A DNA stretch of 49,194 bases from Tannerellaceae bacterium (GTDB lineage Bacteria > Bacteroidota > Bacteroidia > Bacteroidales > Tannerellaceae). Below, piece by piece: positions 24,655-34,941 of the stretch. The notes beneath the pieces are model-generated. The model did no database searches. It was not told where the DNA came from and was given only the letters and a program-made list of their open reading frames with translations. The stretch lies in contig JAJQES010000026.1 of assembly GCA_021201565.1 (NCBI GenBank), positions 1 to 49,194 of the forward strand, given 5' to 3'. Both the position numbers and the translations under genes were made by a program. Position 1 is the first letter of the stretch. Each line of letters begins with the position of its first letter.

Positions 24655-27600
24655 TTGAATATACCTTCTATTCAGAAACAGGTTGCGGAGAAGGCGATGA
24701 GCGAATTGTCCGGGCGTTTGGGTGTGCCCGTACGGATTGACCGTGTAGAGGTCACCTGGCTGAACAGGCTGGTGCTGGATGGAGTCTATCTGGAAGACCA
24801 GCGGGGAGATGTGTTGTTTGAAGCAAACCATATAGCCGCCGGATTTGAATTCTTTCCTCTGTTAAAAGGGAAATTTGTATTTACTACTGCCCGGATTTTC
24901 GGCTTTACACTCAATCTTTCCAAAGAGACTCCAGAAAGTGAGTTAAATCTCCAGTTTGTTATTGATGCCTTTGCCAAACAGGAAGACAACCAGGAGAAAA
25001 GAGAGATAGATCTCCGGTTCAACTCGATCCTGATCCGGCGGGGCGAATTCAGTTATCATGTTTTAAGTGAACCCGTGAACGGAGGCAAATTTGATCCGAA
25101 ACATGTCAACATTCACAACCTGAGCGGTAATATTTCACTGAAAGCCTTCAATAAAGACAGTATCAATGCGAATATCAAACGGCTCAGTCTGGACGAAGCC
25201 TCCGGTTTCAACCTGTCAAAGCTTTCCCTGAATATTGTCGGGAACCCGGATAGTGCACACATCCACAATTTTGAGATCCGGTTACCGGAAACCCATCTGA
25301 AAATCGGACAGGCCCGCATTGATTTTACCCCGGTAGACAGTCTCTCCCGGCTGGTAGACCAGGCGCCTGTGGCTCTTACGATTGAACCGTCTCAAATATG
25401 TCTCAGGGATTTAGCGGCTTTTGTTCCGGCTTTTAGTAATTTTACTGACATAATAGACCTGAGTGCCGAAGCCCGGGGGTATATTGATGATATTAACCTG
25501 AACCGTCTTACGCTTACTTATAGTGATAAGATGCTCTTCAACGGCAAAATGAATCTACGGGGCATCACCTATCCGGAAGAAGCTTATTTGTTCGGGGAAG
25601 TCAGCCGGATGTATATTACCAACGAAGGATTAGAAGGGCTGGTCAATAATTTCAGTGATAAACCGATTCTTCTCCCTGACCCGGTGAGACAATTAGGATC
25701 GATCAACTTTACAGGCGAAATATCCGGTTTCTTCGACAACCTGGTTGCCTACGGCAAGCTGTCCTCTTCCATTGGGACCCTTCAAACAGACGTCCTGTTG
25801 GGTAGTAATAAAGAAAAAGGGATCGCGACGATCATCAAAGGGGAAATCTCCTCTTCCGACCTGGAAATCCATCGCTTATTTGAAGCCGGTAATCCATTTG
25901 GTTCGGCACGGTTTGATATCCATCTGGACGCGACCCGTCCGGTAAACGGATACTTCGCGGGAGCCATCCGGGCCAACCTGGCCAATCTGGATTACAAAGA
26001 CTACCGGTATGAAAATATCCGGCTATCCGGCCGTTTCTCACACAACGGATTTGACGGCCAGGTAGAGGTCAATGACCCGAACGGAGTATTATACGCGAAT
26101 GGCATGTTTAAGAACCAGGGACGGAATTCGATCTTTAACTTCCAGGCTGACCTGCAACATTTCAGACCGGATCAACTCCACTTGTATGATACTTATGATT
26201 CTCCCGATATTTCGCTCCGCTTAACTGCTGATTTTACCGGGAATACTATTGACAATGTTGCCGGAAGTCTTTCAATTGACAGCCTGACAATGTTGACGGC
26301 TACAGACGGATTCTCCATTGAACACCTGGAGATTGAGGCTACCGGCCATGAGATGGACCGCACCCTGTCGATTCATTCTGATGTGCTCAACGGAGAGATA
26401 AAAGGAGCCTATTCTTTTAAAACCCTGATCCCTTCTATCCTGCGAACATTTCATGACTATGTTCCGGCATTGATCAATGCGACCGCACCCCCTCAGAAAA
26501 CAGATACCAACAACTTTACGATGTTCCTTTCTATCGACAATACGGAAGCAATCTCCCGTACGTTGAAGTTGCCTTTTACAGTCCTGAAACCGGTGCATAT
26601 CTCCGGACAATACGATAATTTACAGAATAACTTCCGGCTGGAGGCAACTTTACCCTCTTTCCTTATCCGGCAAAACCAGTTTGAAAACGGATTTCTATAT
26701 GCCGACAATCCGTATGGGATCGCGAATTTGCAGGTACGGGCCACCCAGTTCAACCCCAAAGGGTTGCGCAATTACCTCGACCTGAAAGCGAATGCCCATA
26801 ACAACGAAATAGATACATACATTACATGGGCAAATAATAAAGACCGGTTATTCAAAGCGGATCTTTCTTTGCATACACTTTTCAGCGAAGAACCCAATGA
26901 AAAGGGAAAAAACGATCTGGTTACCCAAATCTCTGTCCTGCAAAGTCCGTTTGTAGTCAACGATACCACCTGGTATGTGAATGAAGCCCAGATTGAGGTC
27001 CGGAATAAAACGATTGATATCCATAACTTCCGGATCGTCCATGAAAACCAACATATCCTCATTGACGGAAAAATATCGGAGAATCCGGCAGATACGCTTC
27101 TATTAGACCTGAACGAGATCGAATTAAGTTACATTTTTGACATCCTGAATAATCCGGTATTACAATTCGGAGGAAAAGCCACCGGTATCTTCCATATAAA
27201 CGACCTGTACGGAAGCCGGATGCTAAATACAGACCTGGAAGTCCATAACTTCTCTTTCAACCAGGTGGATTTCGGCCGCCTGAGCCTGTTTAGTGAATGG
27301 GATGACGATCAGCAGGGAATTCTGCTACTGGGTAGTATCTACAAGACAGACAGCCTTTTCACCGATGTAAACGGATATATTTACCCGGTTGGGGACAAGG
27401 CCGGATTATCCCTGCATTTTGATGCGAATGATATTGACATAGCCTTCCTGCAACCTTTTATGGAAAAAGTAGCGACAGGCGTGAAAGGACGGGGATACGG
27501 AAATGTCCATTTATTCGGGCCTTTCAGCGAATTATCCATCGAAGGGGATGCATACATAAAAGAAGGGGGACTGGGAATTGAATTCCTGAACACCTATTAT

Positions 27601-29088
27601 ACCTTCTCTGATTCAGTACAGATGACTCCGGGACTGATCCAGGCCAAAGACCTGCGTATCTATGATAAATATGAGAACGGAGGAATCGTCAATTTGGAAG
27701 TCCGGCATAATCATTTCAAGGATATAGAATACGATGTCCAGTTACAAACCTATAATATGCTGGTATATGATGTAACTGAACGGATCAATCCCGAAATATT
27801 CGGCACTGTCTACGGAAGCGGCACCGCCCGTATCTTCGGAAATGAAAAGATCGTCAACCTGGATGTAAACATGCGGAGCGAAAAGAATACGCTTGTTTCA
27901 TTCAACTTTATGACTGGTTCCAAAGCGGCAGAATATGATTTTATCACATTTGTGGATAAAAGCAGCCTGCATAACCATACGGGAGAGCCTTTACCGGCGG
28001 ATTCTATTCGTAATTTCACACCCTGGCAAAACGAAGAGGCTGAGATCCGCATGAACTTCCTGGTGGATATCACACCCGACGCCACCATTGAATTAATCAT
28101 GGACCCGATTGCCGGCGATAAAATCGAAGGCTATGGAAACGGGCGTATGGAAGTCGAATGGGGGAACCGCCAGGACCTGCGCATAAACGGAGGTTTTACG
28201 ATTATCAACGGACGGTATAATTTCAGTTTACAACAGCTCTTCTACCGGAACTTCAACATCCGGGAAGGAAGTACGGTTACCTTCCGGGGAGACCCGTTCA
28301 ATGCTACGCTGGATATTGAAGCGGTTTACAACCTGTATGCCAATATCAATGACCTGCATACTGATTTTTCAAGAGAAGCAGGCCGTACCAATATCCCTGT
28401 CAACTGTGTGATGCACATTGAAGGCATGCTGCAAAACCCGGCTATCAGTTTTGACCTCGAATTACCGGGTTCCAACGAAGACCTGGTACAGAAAGTCAAA
28501 AGCTATGTCAATACCGAGGATATGTTGACCCGGCAAATCGTATACCTGCTGGTATTGAATAAATTCTATACCATGGATAGCGACTACCGTTCCAACGAAT
28601 TCAGTGCCGTAGCCTCTTCGGCCCTCTCCTATCAATTGTCTAACATCCTGAACAGCATCACGGATAAAGTGCAGATCGGCACCAACATACGTACCGGACA
28701 GGAAGGAGGGTTCACTGAAACGGAAGTAGAAATGCTTTTGTCCAGCCAGCTGTTAAATAACCGGCTTATATTCAATGGAAACTTTGGATATAAAAACAAT
28801 CCGGACCAGGGAAATATCTTTGTAGGAGAATTCGATATTGAATATATGTTGACCCGTAGTGGCGAGATCCGCCTGAAGTTCTATAACCACGCGAACGACA
28901 TGTACCGCTACCTGAAACAAAGTCTGACCACGCAGGGGTTAGGTGTCATGTACCGGAAAGACTTTACCCACATCTCTGAGATTTTCCGTCGCCGCCGCCG
29001 GCTATTATTACCACCAGCCGGTATTACTCCCGTCCAACCGGAAGATGACCCCGACGTTGCACCTCTTCTCCCGGAAAATGAATTATAA
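24655..29088 (+). CDS. tamB: translocation and assembly module protein TamB (AsmA-like/DUF490); true start probably upstream
   Basis: 1477 aa, beta-rich, TamB-like size and C-terminus. 24655 is a TTG. The frame stays open from 24547 and encodes the expected signal-anchor helix upstream (see finding). Confidence 0.8.
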   Translation: MNIPSIQKQVAEKAMSELSGRLGVPVRIDRVEVTWLNRLVLDGVYLEDQRGDVLFEANHIAAGFEFFPLLKGKFVFTTARIFGFTLNLSKETPESELNLQFVIDAFAKQEDNQEKREIDLRFNSILIRRGEFSYHVLSEPVNGGKFDPKHVNIHNLSGNISLKAFNKDSINANIKRLSLDEASGFNLSKLSLNIVGNPDSAHIHNFEIRLPETHLKIGQARIDFTPVDSLSRLVDQAPVALTIEPSQICLRDLAAFVPAFSNFTDIIDLSAEARGYIDDINLNRLTLTYSDKMLFNGKMNLRGITYPEEAYLFGEVSRMYITNEGLEGLVNNFSDKPILLPDPVRQLGSINFTGEISGFFDNLVAYGKLSSSIGTLQTDVLLGSNKEKGIATIIKGEISSSDLEIHRLFEAGNPFGSARFDIHLDATRPVNGYFAGAIRANLANLDYKDYRYENIRLSGRFSHNGFDGQVEVNDPNGVLYANGMFKNQGRNSIFNFQADLQHFRPDQLHLYDTYDSPDISLRLTADFTGNTIDNVAGSLSIDSLTMLTATDGFSIEHLEIEATGHEMDRTLSIHSDVLNGEIKGAYSFKTLIPSILRTFHDYVPALINATAPPQKTDTNNFTMFLSIDNTEAISRTLKLPFTVLKPVHISGQYDNLQNNFRLEATLPSFLIRQNQFENGFLYADNPYGIANLQVRATQFNPKGLRNYLDLKANAHNNEIDTYITWANNKDRLFKADLSLHTLFSEEPNEKGKNDLVTQISVLQSPFVVNDTTWYVNEAQIEVRNKTIDIHNFRIVHENQHILIDGKISENPADTLLLDLNEIELSYIFDILNNPVLQFGGKATGIFHINDLYGSRMLNTDLEVHNFSFNQVDFGRLSLFSEWDDDQQGILLLGSIYKTDSLFTDVNGYIYPVGDKAGLSLHFDANDIDIAFLQPFMEKVATGVKGRGYGNVHLFGPFSELSIEGDAYIKEGGLGIEFLNTYYTFSDSVQMTPGLIQAKDLRIYDKYENGGIVNLEVRHNHFKDIEYDVQLQTYNMLVYDVTERINPEIFGTVYGSGTARIFGNEKIVNLDVNMRSEKNTLVSFNFMTGSKAAEYDFITFVDKSSLHNHTGEPLPADSIRNFTPWQNEEAEIRMNFLVDITPDATIELIMDPIAGDKIEGYGNGRMEVEWGNRQDLRINGGFTIINGRYNFSLQQLFYRNFNIREGSTVTFRGDPFNATLDIEAVYNLYANINDLHTDFSREAGRTNIPVNCVMHIEGMLQNPAISFDLELPGSNEDLVQKVKSYVNTEDMLTRQIVYLLVLNKFYTMDSDYRSNEFSAVASSALSYQLSNILNSITDKVQIGTNIRTGQEGGFTETEVEMLLSSQLLNNRLIFNGNFGYKNNPDQGNIFVGEFDIEYMLTRSGEIRLKFYNHANDMYRYLKQSLTTQGLGVMYRKDFTHISEIFRRRRRLLLPPAGITPVQPEDDPDVAPLLPENEL

Positions 29089-29089
29089 A

Positions 29090-29135
29090 TAAAAAAACAG
29101 GCCTATGCATTCTACTGCACAGGCCCGCTTTGAAA
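29090..29135. terminator. hairpin between convergent tamB and msrB
   Basis: GGCCTATGCAttctacTGCACAGGCC preceded by an A-run. The single mismatch is a G.U pair on the minus strand. Confidence 0.55.
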
Positions 29136-29163
29136 AAGTATGTAAATAAAACCTATGGGTTTC

Positions 29164-29658
29164 TTATTTCTGTTCAGAAGGGGACGCGGGTTCAAAATCC
29201 AGTGAAATGGAATTCACACAATGACGCAGGTTTTTAGGAGTAAAACGCTCTCCTTCAAACACATGCCCCAAGTGACCATTACACTGTGCACAAACAATTT
29301 CCGTCCTGCGGCCATCCGCATCCGGCACCTGTTTTACAGCTCCCTCGATTTCATCGTCAAAACTGGGCCAGCCACATCCAGACTCAAATTTATCTTTTGA
29401 CCTGTATAAAGGAGCCCCACACTGTTTACAAGTATAAGTACCCTCCTCTTTATGGTTATAATACTCACCCGTAAACGGCCGTTCAGTTCCTTTATCTACA
29501 ATTACCCTCTTCTCTTCCGGTGTCAATACTTTCATCTGTATACCATTTTTAATCACATAAGATTCCGGACGCTCCTGTATATAAGCGAACAGAGAAAAAC
29601 ATCCGATCAATCCTACGAGAAATGAATAAAAAAGTTTTCTGTTCATAGCGTTAAACAA
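29164..29658 (-). CDS. msrB: peptide-methionine (R)-S-oxide reductase with N-terminal signal/anchor
   Basis: CKQCGAPL ... [15 protein letters not shown] ... RHCVNS SelR motifs. Confidence 0.9.
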   Translation of the reverse strand: MFNAMNRKLFYSFLVGLIGCFSLFAYIQERPESYVIKNGIQMKVLTPEEKRVIVDKGTERPFTGEYYNHKEEGTYTCKQCGAPLYRSKDKFESGCGWPSFDDEIEGAVKQVPDADGRRTEIVCAQCNGHLGHVFEGERFTPKNLRHCVNSISLDFEPASPSEQK

Positions 29659-29754
29659 TTAATTAATACTTAGAGTTTACAGTAAGACTCCAGTCTGAAC
29701 AAAGAGTTTAATCTATTCACATTAAATAAGATATTCACATCCGGCAAATTAAGA

Positions 29755-30249
29755 TCAGAAGCTATATCCTATACGCAGGCCGATGATAGCCTGGTCAAAA
29801 TCTTTAATGATGTTATACTTTATTTCCAGTCCGGCAGATAACTGCCCGGTGGCATAGAGTTCACCTCCCAGACCGAGATTCACCCCAAAACGGGTGTGAT
29901 TACTACTTCCTTTCTCTCCTACATCATGGTGCCACCGTTGTTTCCAAAACGAAAGATCCACACCGGCCACAGGATAGAAACCAAACATCTCTGTGATTTT
30001 CACCACATAATGAACATTCAGGTCGACAGCACATGCGCTCAGGTCATTATTCCTGACCAGGAAAGACAACGAAGGAGCGAACCGCACTTCATCCGTAAAA
30101 TTATAGCGATAGTCTATCCCCAGTAGCGGGTTTTTACTATCAAAACCATACCCCAGGTTAAAACCGAAAGAAGAATCTCCCCCGGTAGTCTGTGAAAAAG
30201 CCCCTAAACTGCTCAGGGCTATCACAAAAATAAATACCAGTCTCTTCAT
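29755..30249 (-). CDS. small outer-membrane beta-barrel protein
   Basis: Signal peptide, alternating amphipathic strands, C-terminal ...RIGYSF. Confidence 0.7.
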   Translation of the reverse strand: MKRLVFIFVIALSSLGAFSQTTGGDSSFGFNLGYGFDSKNPLLGIDYRYNFTDEVRFAPSLSFLVRNNDLSACAVDLNVHYVVKITEMFGFYPVAGVDLSFWKQRWHHDVGEKGSSNHTRFGVNLGLGGELYATGQLSAGLEIKYNIIKDFDQAIIGLRIGYSF

Positions 30250-30266
30250 GTTCTGTTATCAATTAA

Positions 30267-31907
30267 TTAGTTTACTTTCAGACGCTCACCCGCATCCTTC
30301 ACTATAGTGCGGTAATAGGCTTCATCGTATCCCGGGAAATGAGGAGATTCAGGCATACCATATACATTGCGCTTAAACGCGCCATTCTCCTCTTTTTTCA
30401 CATTTCCATCTATATATTTTACCAACAGGTATTCCCCCAGCTCTTTCCAGCGCGCAGTGGCCTGGTCAGCCGTAGTTGTACTATACCAGGTCAGAAACTG
30501 ACGGGCTTCAGCCGGATCTTTCTCATACAATTCCAACGCTGCTTTATCAATGGCCGGAATAGCCTGTTGAAAGCCATTCTCCAGTTCTTTCTGAACAGTA
30601 CGTATATCTTCGATCATAAAACTATATTTATGATAAGCCATATTAGCCACCCAGTTATGCATCCAGAAAGCCGATGTCCAGGAAAAAGTAAGCAGGTCTC
30701 CATTCCCCACCCGGTAACATTCGGGGGAAGCCAGAATAGAACTATACAAGGGACAGAATACCGCCATATCCGCATCATCCACACCAAACCATAAAATGCC
30801 CCCTACTTCATCCGGTAACCAGTTACGCATCTGCGGTACAATCACAAAACCGGTCTGTTGAGTAGCGATGGCACGCTCATGGGTATACTTTTCACCGTCT
30901 ACCTCAAAGGTCATCGGACGCCAGCGGTAAGGCACTTTATAAGGGCCTGCTCCTATATCCTGCATCATACAAAGATCCGTTCCTTCATAGTGATCCCGCA
31001 TACAATTCTGCACATCCTGTACAGACAGTTTACGGTCCGGTTTGATATACAACGGCATCGGTTCTTTCGCCGGATCACCCTTGACAAAATCAGCATATTT
31101 GTCCATGGATTTATCATATTTCCGGAAAAAAGACCAGACACGTGCTTCACATGCCCGCAACCCTCCGAAATCGTATGGATTATAGGCTTTGGCAAAACTA
31201 AAATCCTCCTCTTTTCCTGTATAATATCCCATCTCCTTTGCAAAAGAGACTACATCCGGCGAATAAAGACAGTTTTCTTTATCTTTAAAGGGGATCTGCT
31301 GGATGCGGGCCTGGTTAGCATGTGCGGAAATACAGTCGTCCGGAATACGGATCGCTACCCACACAGCCCCCTTCCTCTTAGGACCTTTCCCTATCAGTTC
31401 CATAACCCACGCTTCATTCTTATCAGCGATTGAGAAAGTCTCCCCACCACTATAATACCCATGCTCTTTCACTAAGTCCGTCATTACCTGAATGGCTTCA
31501 CGGGCTGTTTTTGAACGTTGTAAAGCAATATAGATCAGGCTTCCGTAATCAATGATCCCATCCGGGTCCTGCAATTCTTCCCGGCCGCCCCATGTACTTT
31601 CAGTAATAGCCACCTGATATTCATTCATATTTCCTATAACAGAGTAGGTACGTTCCACCTGTGGGATCTGTCCGAGAGGTTTACCGGTGTCCCATTCCAC
31701 CACATCCAATAGACTCCCTTTTGGCCAGGTAGCCGCCGGCCAGCGATACAATTCTCCGTACAGAGAATGTGAATCCGCCGAATAACTAATCATCACCGAA
31801 CCATCTACCGAGGCATTCCGCCCAACCAGTAAGCCGGTACATCCCAAAACATCCCCAACCAGGAGAGTAGCCATACCAACAGCCAGACTTATTACTTTTA
31901 ATTTCAT
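30267..31907 (-). CDS. C69-family dipeptidase
   Basis: Signal peptide followed by the nucleophile context GCTGLLVGRNASVDGSVM; 546 aa. Confidence 0.8.
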   Translation of the reverse strand: MKLKVISLAVGMATLLVGDVLGCTGLLVGRNASVDGSVMISYSADSHSLYGELYRWPAATWPKGSLLDVVEWDTGKPLGQIPQVERTYSVIGNMNEYQVAITESTWGGREELQDPDGIIDYGSLIYIALQRSKTAREAIQVMTDLVKEHGYYSGGETFSIADKNEAWVMELIGKGPKRKGAVWVAIRIPDDCISAHANQARIQQIPFKDKENCLYSPDVVSFAKEMGYYTGKEEDFSFAKAYNPYDFGGLRACEARVWSFFRKYDKSMDKYADFVKGDPAKEPMPLYIKPDRKLSVQDVQNCMRDHYEGTDLCMMQDIGAGPYKVPYRWRPMTFEVDGEKYTHERAIATQQTGFVIVPQMRNWLPDEVGGILWFGVDDADMAVFCPLYSSILASPECYRVGNGDLLTFSWTSAFWMHNWVANMAYHKYSFMIEDIRTVQKELENGFQQAIPAIDKAALELYEKDPAEARQFLTWYSTTTADQATARWKELGEYLLVKYIDGNVKKEENGAFKRNVYGMPESPHFPGYDEAYYRTIVKDAGERLKVN

Positions 31908-32035
31908 ATAATGTATTGTTTAATATTAGTTTCTCCTTATCCCCGAATTTGTATAAAAAATATTAGAATTTGACCGGAATTAAAAAATATCCTAAAAATG
32001 AAAGGAGACCTTTTGCAATTCTGATTCAAAAGTTC

Positions 32036-32107
32036 TATATTTGTAACTCATAGTTAAGGTTTTGGTTAATGGAAGGGGTGACTTGTGATAAGCCGCCCTT
32101 TTTTTAT
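32036..32107 (+). ncRNA. candidate small RNA, copy 1 (promoter box, conserved 25-nt block, terminator)
   Basis: TTTG at 32012, TATATTTG at 32036-32043, tcatagttaaggttttggttaatgg at 32048-32072, then hairpin plus T7. Homologous unit at 44974-45034. Confidence 0.4.
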
Positions 32108-32943
32108 TGTAAACTATACAGATAGCGTATCTCCTCTTCCCACAGGCTTTCATCCGGTGTTTCCAGAATCAGGGGAATCTCTTCAAACCGGAGATCGGTC
32201 ATAATAAATTTGAACGTATCCAGTCCCATACATCCCTTTCCAATATTATCATGGCGGTCTACCCGGGTCCCCAGTTCCTTCTTTGAATCATTGATATGCA
32301 TTCCCTTCAAATATTGAATCCCTACGATCTGCTCAAACTTTTCAAAAGTGACCGTAAAGCTATCCAATGCACACAGGTCATACCCGGAAGCAAGTGTATG
32401 GGCAGTATCTATACACACCCCCACCCGGCTTTTATCTTCTACCTTATCTATAATCATCGCAAGCTGCTCAAATTCATGGCCCAGATTAGACCCCTGTCCG
32501 GCTGTATTTTCTATCACAGCAGTCACTCCCTCCGTCAATTCCAATACCCGGTTAATCGCTTCCGCGATCTTATCCAGGCACTCGTCAACCCCAATCCGGT
32601 TGAGGTGGCTGCCCGGATGGAAATTCAACCGGTCTAATCCCAATTGTTCACACCGTTGCATTTCATCCAGAAAGGATTCATACGACTTTTGCCAGCCATC
32701 CTCATCCGGATGCCCCAGGTTGATCAGGTAACTATCATGCGGGAGGATCTGTTTAGCCGTATAGCCAAACTGCTCACAACGTTCCTTAAACAGGTCAATA
32801 CTTTTCGGGGTCAAAGCCGGGGATTTCCATTGGCGCTGATTCTTAGTAAACAGGGCAAATGCCTTCGCTCCTATCGCATGCGCATTTAAAGGAGCATTCT
32901 CCACTCCACCCGATGCACTTACATGTGCTCCTACGTATTTCAT
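32104..32943 (-). CDS. nfo: endonuclease IV
   Basis: [14 protein letters not shown]-terminus as in enterobacterial Nfo; TIM-barrel AP endonuclease 2 family, 279 aa. Confidence 0.95.
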   Translation of the reverse strand: MKYVGAHVSASGGVENAPLNAHAIGAKAFALFTKNQRQWKSPALTPKSIDLFKERCEQFGYTAKQILPHDSYLINLGHPDEDGWQKSYESFLDEMQRCEQLGLDRLNFHPGSHLNRIGVDECLDKIAEAINRVLELTEGVTAVIENTAGQGSNLGHEFEQLAMIIDKVEDKSRVGVCIDTAHTLASGYDLCALDSFTVTFEKFEQIVGIQYLKGMHINDSKKELGTRVDRHDNIGKGCMGLDTFKFIMTDLRFEEIPLILETPDESLWEEEIRYLYSLQ

Positions 32944-32957
32944 AATTTCATATTTTT

Positions 32958-33088
32958 GAGTAGTTAGTAGTTGGTAGTTAGCAGTACACTCACTTCGTTC
33001 GTTTAGTAGAAACTCACTTTACTCATTTTGTATTTCTACCAAGTGAGCGAAGCGAACGTACTACTAACTACCAACTACTAACTACTAA
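32958..33088. repeat. P-type long hairpin element (copy 3)
   Basis: Arms gagtagttagtagttggtagttagcagta / tactactaactaccaactactaactacta. Core nearly identical to copy 2. Confidence 0.85.
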
Positions 33089-33094
33089 ATTTTA

Positions 33095-33565
33095 TTATTC
33101 CTCCACATTACATCCATGAAAATGAAATTTCTCTCTGGCCTGGTCCTGAGGGATCGTGAAATAAACCATATCAGACCGGGAACATATTTCACCGGCAGAA
33201 TTATAGATCTCGCTCTCTATAAAGACGACCTGCCGCTTTTGTTCTTTGATACGTCCCCGGATGACCAATTCCGGTTCCTCCGTAGAGATACTTTTCATAA
33301 ATTTAGCTTCCAGCCGGGAAGTGACTCCCGTAGTCTGAAGTTTACGAACGACAATCCAGCCGCCCAGCTCATCCATGAGCGTACTTTGAATGCCACCATG
33401 CAAGGTATGTAGCCATCCCTGGTAAATAGCTTTCGGTTTCCAGATAGCAACAATATCCTCTCCATCTTCATAAAACTCCATGTGCAAACCGGATGGATTT
33501 GCAGGAGAACAGGCAAAGCACATATAGCCGTCCAAACCTTCCCAGGGATTAATGATCTTCTTCAT
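33095..33565 (-). CDS. PaaI-like hotdog-fold thioesterase
   Basis: 156 aa. MCFACSPANPSGLHMEF N-terminal motif typical of this thioesterase group. Confidence 0.7.
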   Translation of the reverse strand: MKKIINPWEGLDGYMCFACSPANPSGLHMEFYEDGEDIVAIWKPKAIYQGWLHTLHGGIQSTLMDELGGWIVVRKLQTTGVTSRLEAKFMKSISTEEPELVIRGRIKEQKRQVVFIESEIYNSAGEICSRSDMVYFTIPQDQAREKFHFHGCNVEE

Positions 33566-33682
33566 ATTCTATCGTTCAGGTTTTAGTACAAAGAAAGCAA
33601 AACATCCGCAACAAGACAAAAGGTTCGCCGGAAAAGAATACGGTTAAACCAAAAGAAAAACGCATTTGTTACTAAAAAATAA

Positions 33683-34849
33683 ATGAATATCTCTATGAAT
33701 ATTGATAAAGATTTAAGCGACTTGCTGGTTAAACTGGGTTTATCCTCCAAACTTGCGGACAGCCTGGACATTGTGATCATTGTGATTGGCATCATTCTGG
33801 TGGCGTTTTTCATTAACTACCTAGGAAAAACCGTCTTTTTAACTATGGCAAAACGGGTCACCAGCCACACAACCTACCGTTTTGATGATCTGCTGGTGCA
33901 AAGAAATGTAATCCGGTACCTCATCAATATGCTCGCCCCCATTATCATTTACATCGCCTTACCATTTCTGTTTGAAGAAGGAAGACACCTGAGCGCACTC
34001 ATACGTAAAATATGTGTCATTTATATTATCTTTTGTTTCATCATGGCACTTAACGGACTGGTCTTAGTTCTGTTCGATAATTACAGCAAACGAAAAGGAA
34101 ATAACCACCGTCCCATGAGAGGATTTGTACAGGTAGTTCAGGTCGCCCTCTTTTTTATTGGGTTCATCGTTATCATAAGCGTCCTAATCAACCGCTCACC
34201 CACCACCCTTTTTGCCGGGTTAGGGGCCTCGGCCGCTATCCTTTCCCTGGTTTTTAAAGATGTGATCACAGGTTTTATTGCCGGTGTCCAACTCTCCATG
34301 AACGATATGGTACGAACAGGGGACTGGATTACGTTAAATGATAATCAAACAGACGGAATTGTACAGGAAATTACCCTGATCACAGTAAAGATCAAAAACT
34401 TTGATAACTCTATTTCCACCGTTCCACCGACTCTCTTAGTGACCAATACATTCAAAAACTGGCGGGAAATGCTCGAATCCAACGGCCGGTTGGCTAAAAA
34501 ATCGATCTTCGTAGACAAAGCCTCTGTTAAATTTCTTACTCCGGAACTCCTTACCCCTTTACAAACCAAATACCCGGATATCGCTACCCTGGCAACCCAT
34601 GCCGGAGATCAACCGACTAATACGGACCTGTTCAGGAGCTATATGGAACAATATATTTCTAAAAGAGAAGACATCAATCCGGATATGGGCCTAAAAATCG
34701 GTGAACTGGATAGTACAGACCGGGGACTCCCCATCCAGCTATTCTTCTTTACCAAGAACAAAGATGATAAAACATTTGAACGAGTTCAATCGGAAGTATT
34801 TGATCATGGAATGGCTGTCCTACCGGACTTTGGCCTGGTAATAAAGTAG
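33683..34849 (+). CDS. mechanosensitive ion channel (MscS family)
   Basis: N-terminal TM helices, pore helix plus beta domain (GDWITLNDNQTDGIVQEITLITVKIKNFDNSISTVP). Confidence 0.85.
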   Translation: MNISMNIDKDLSDLLVKLGLSSKLADSLDIVIIVIGIILVAFFINYLGKTVFLTMAKRVTSHTTYRFDDLLVQRNVIRYLINMLAPIIIYIALPFLFEEGRHLSALIRKICVIYIIFCFIMALNGLVLVLFDNYSKRKGNNHRPMRGFVQVVQVALFFIGFIVIISVLINRSPTTLFAGLGASAAILSLVFKDVITGFIAGVQLSMNDMVRTGDWITLNDNQTDGIVQEITLITVKIKNFDNSISTVPPTLLVTNTFKNWREMLESNGRLAKKSIFVDKASVKFLTPELLTPLQTKYPDIATLATHAGDQPTNTDLFRSYMEQYISKREDINPDMGLKIGELDSTDRGLPIQLFFFTKNKDDKTFERVQSEVFDHGMAVLPDFGLVIK

Positions 34850-34941
34850 GGTTTACCATCCTCTGCCTAAAACATACAAGAACCTTGTGTGGAATGTTAC
34901 AGACTATCCTGCTACATGTTCCCGGATTATGTGATCTCCTT

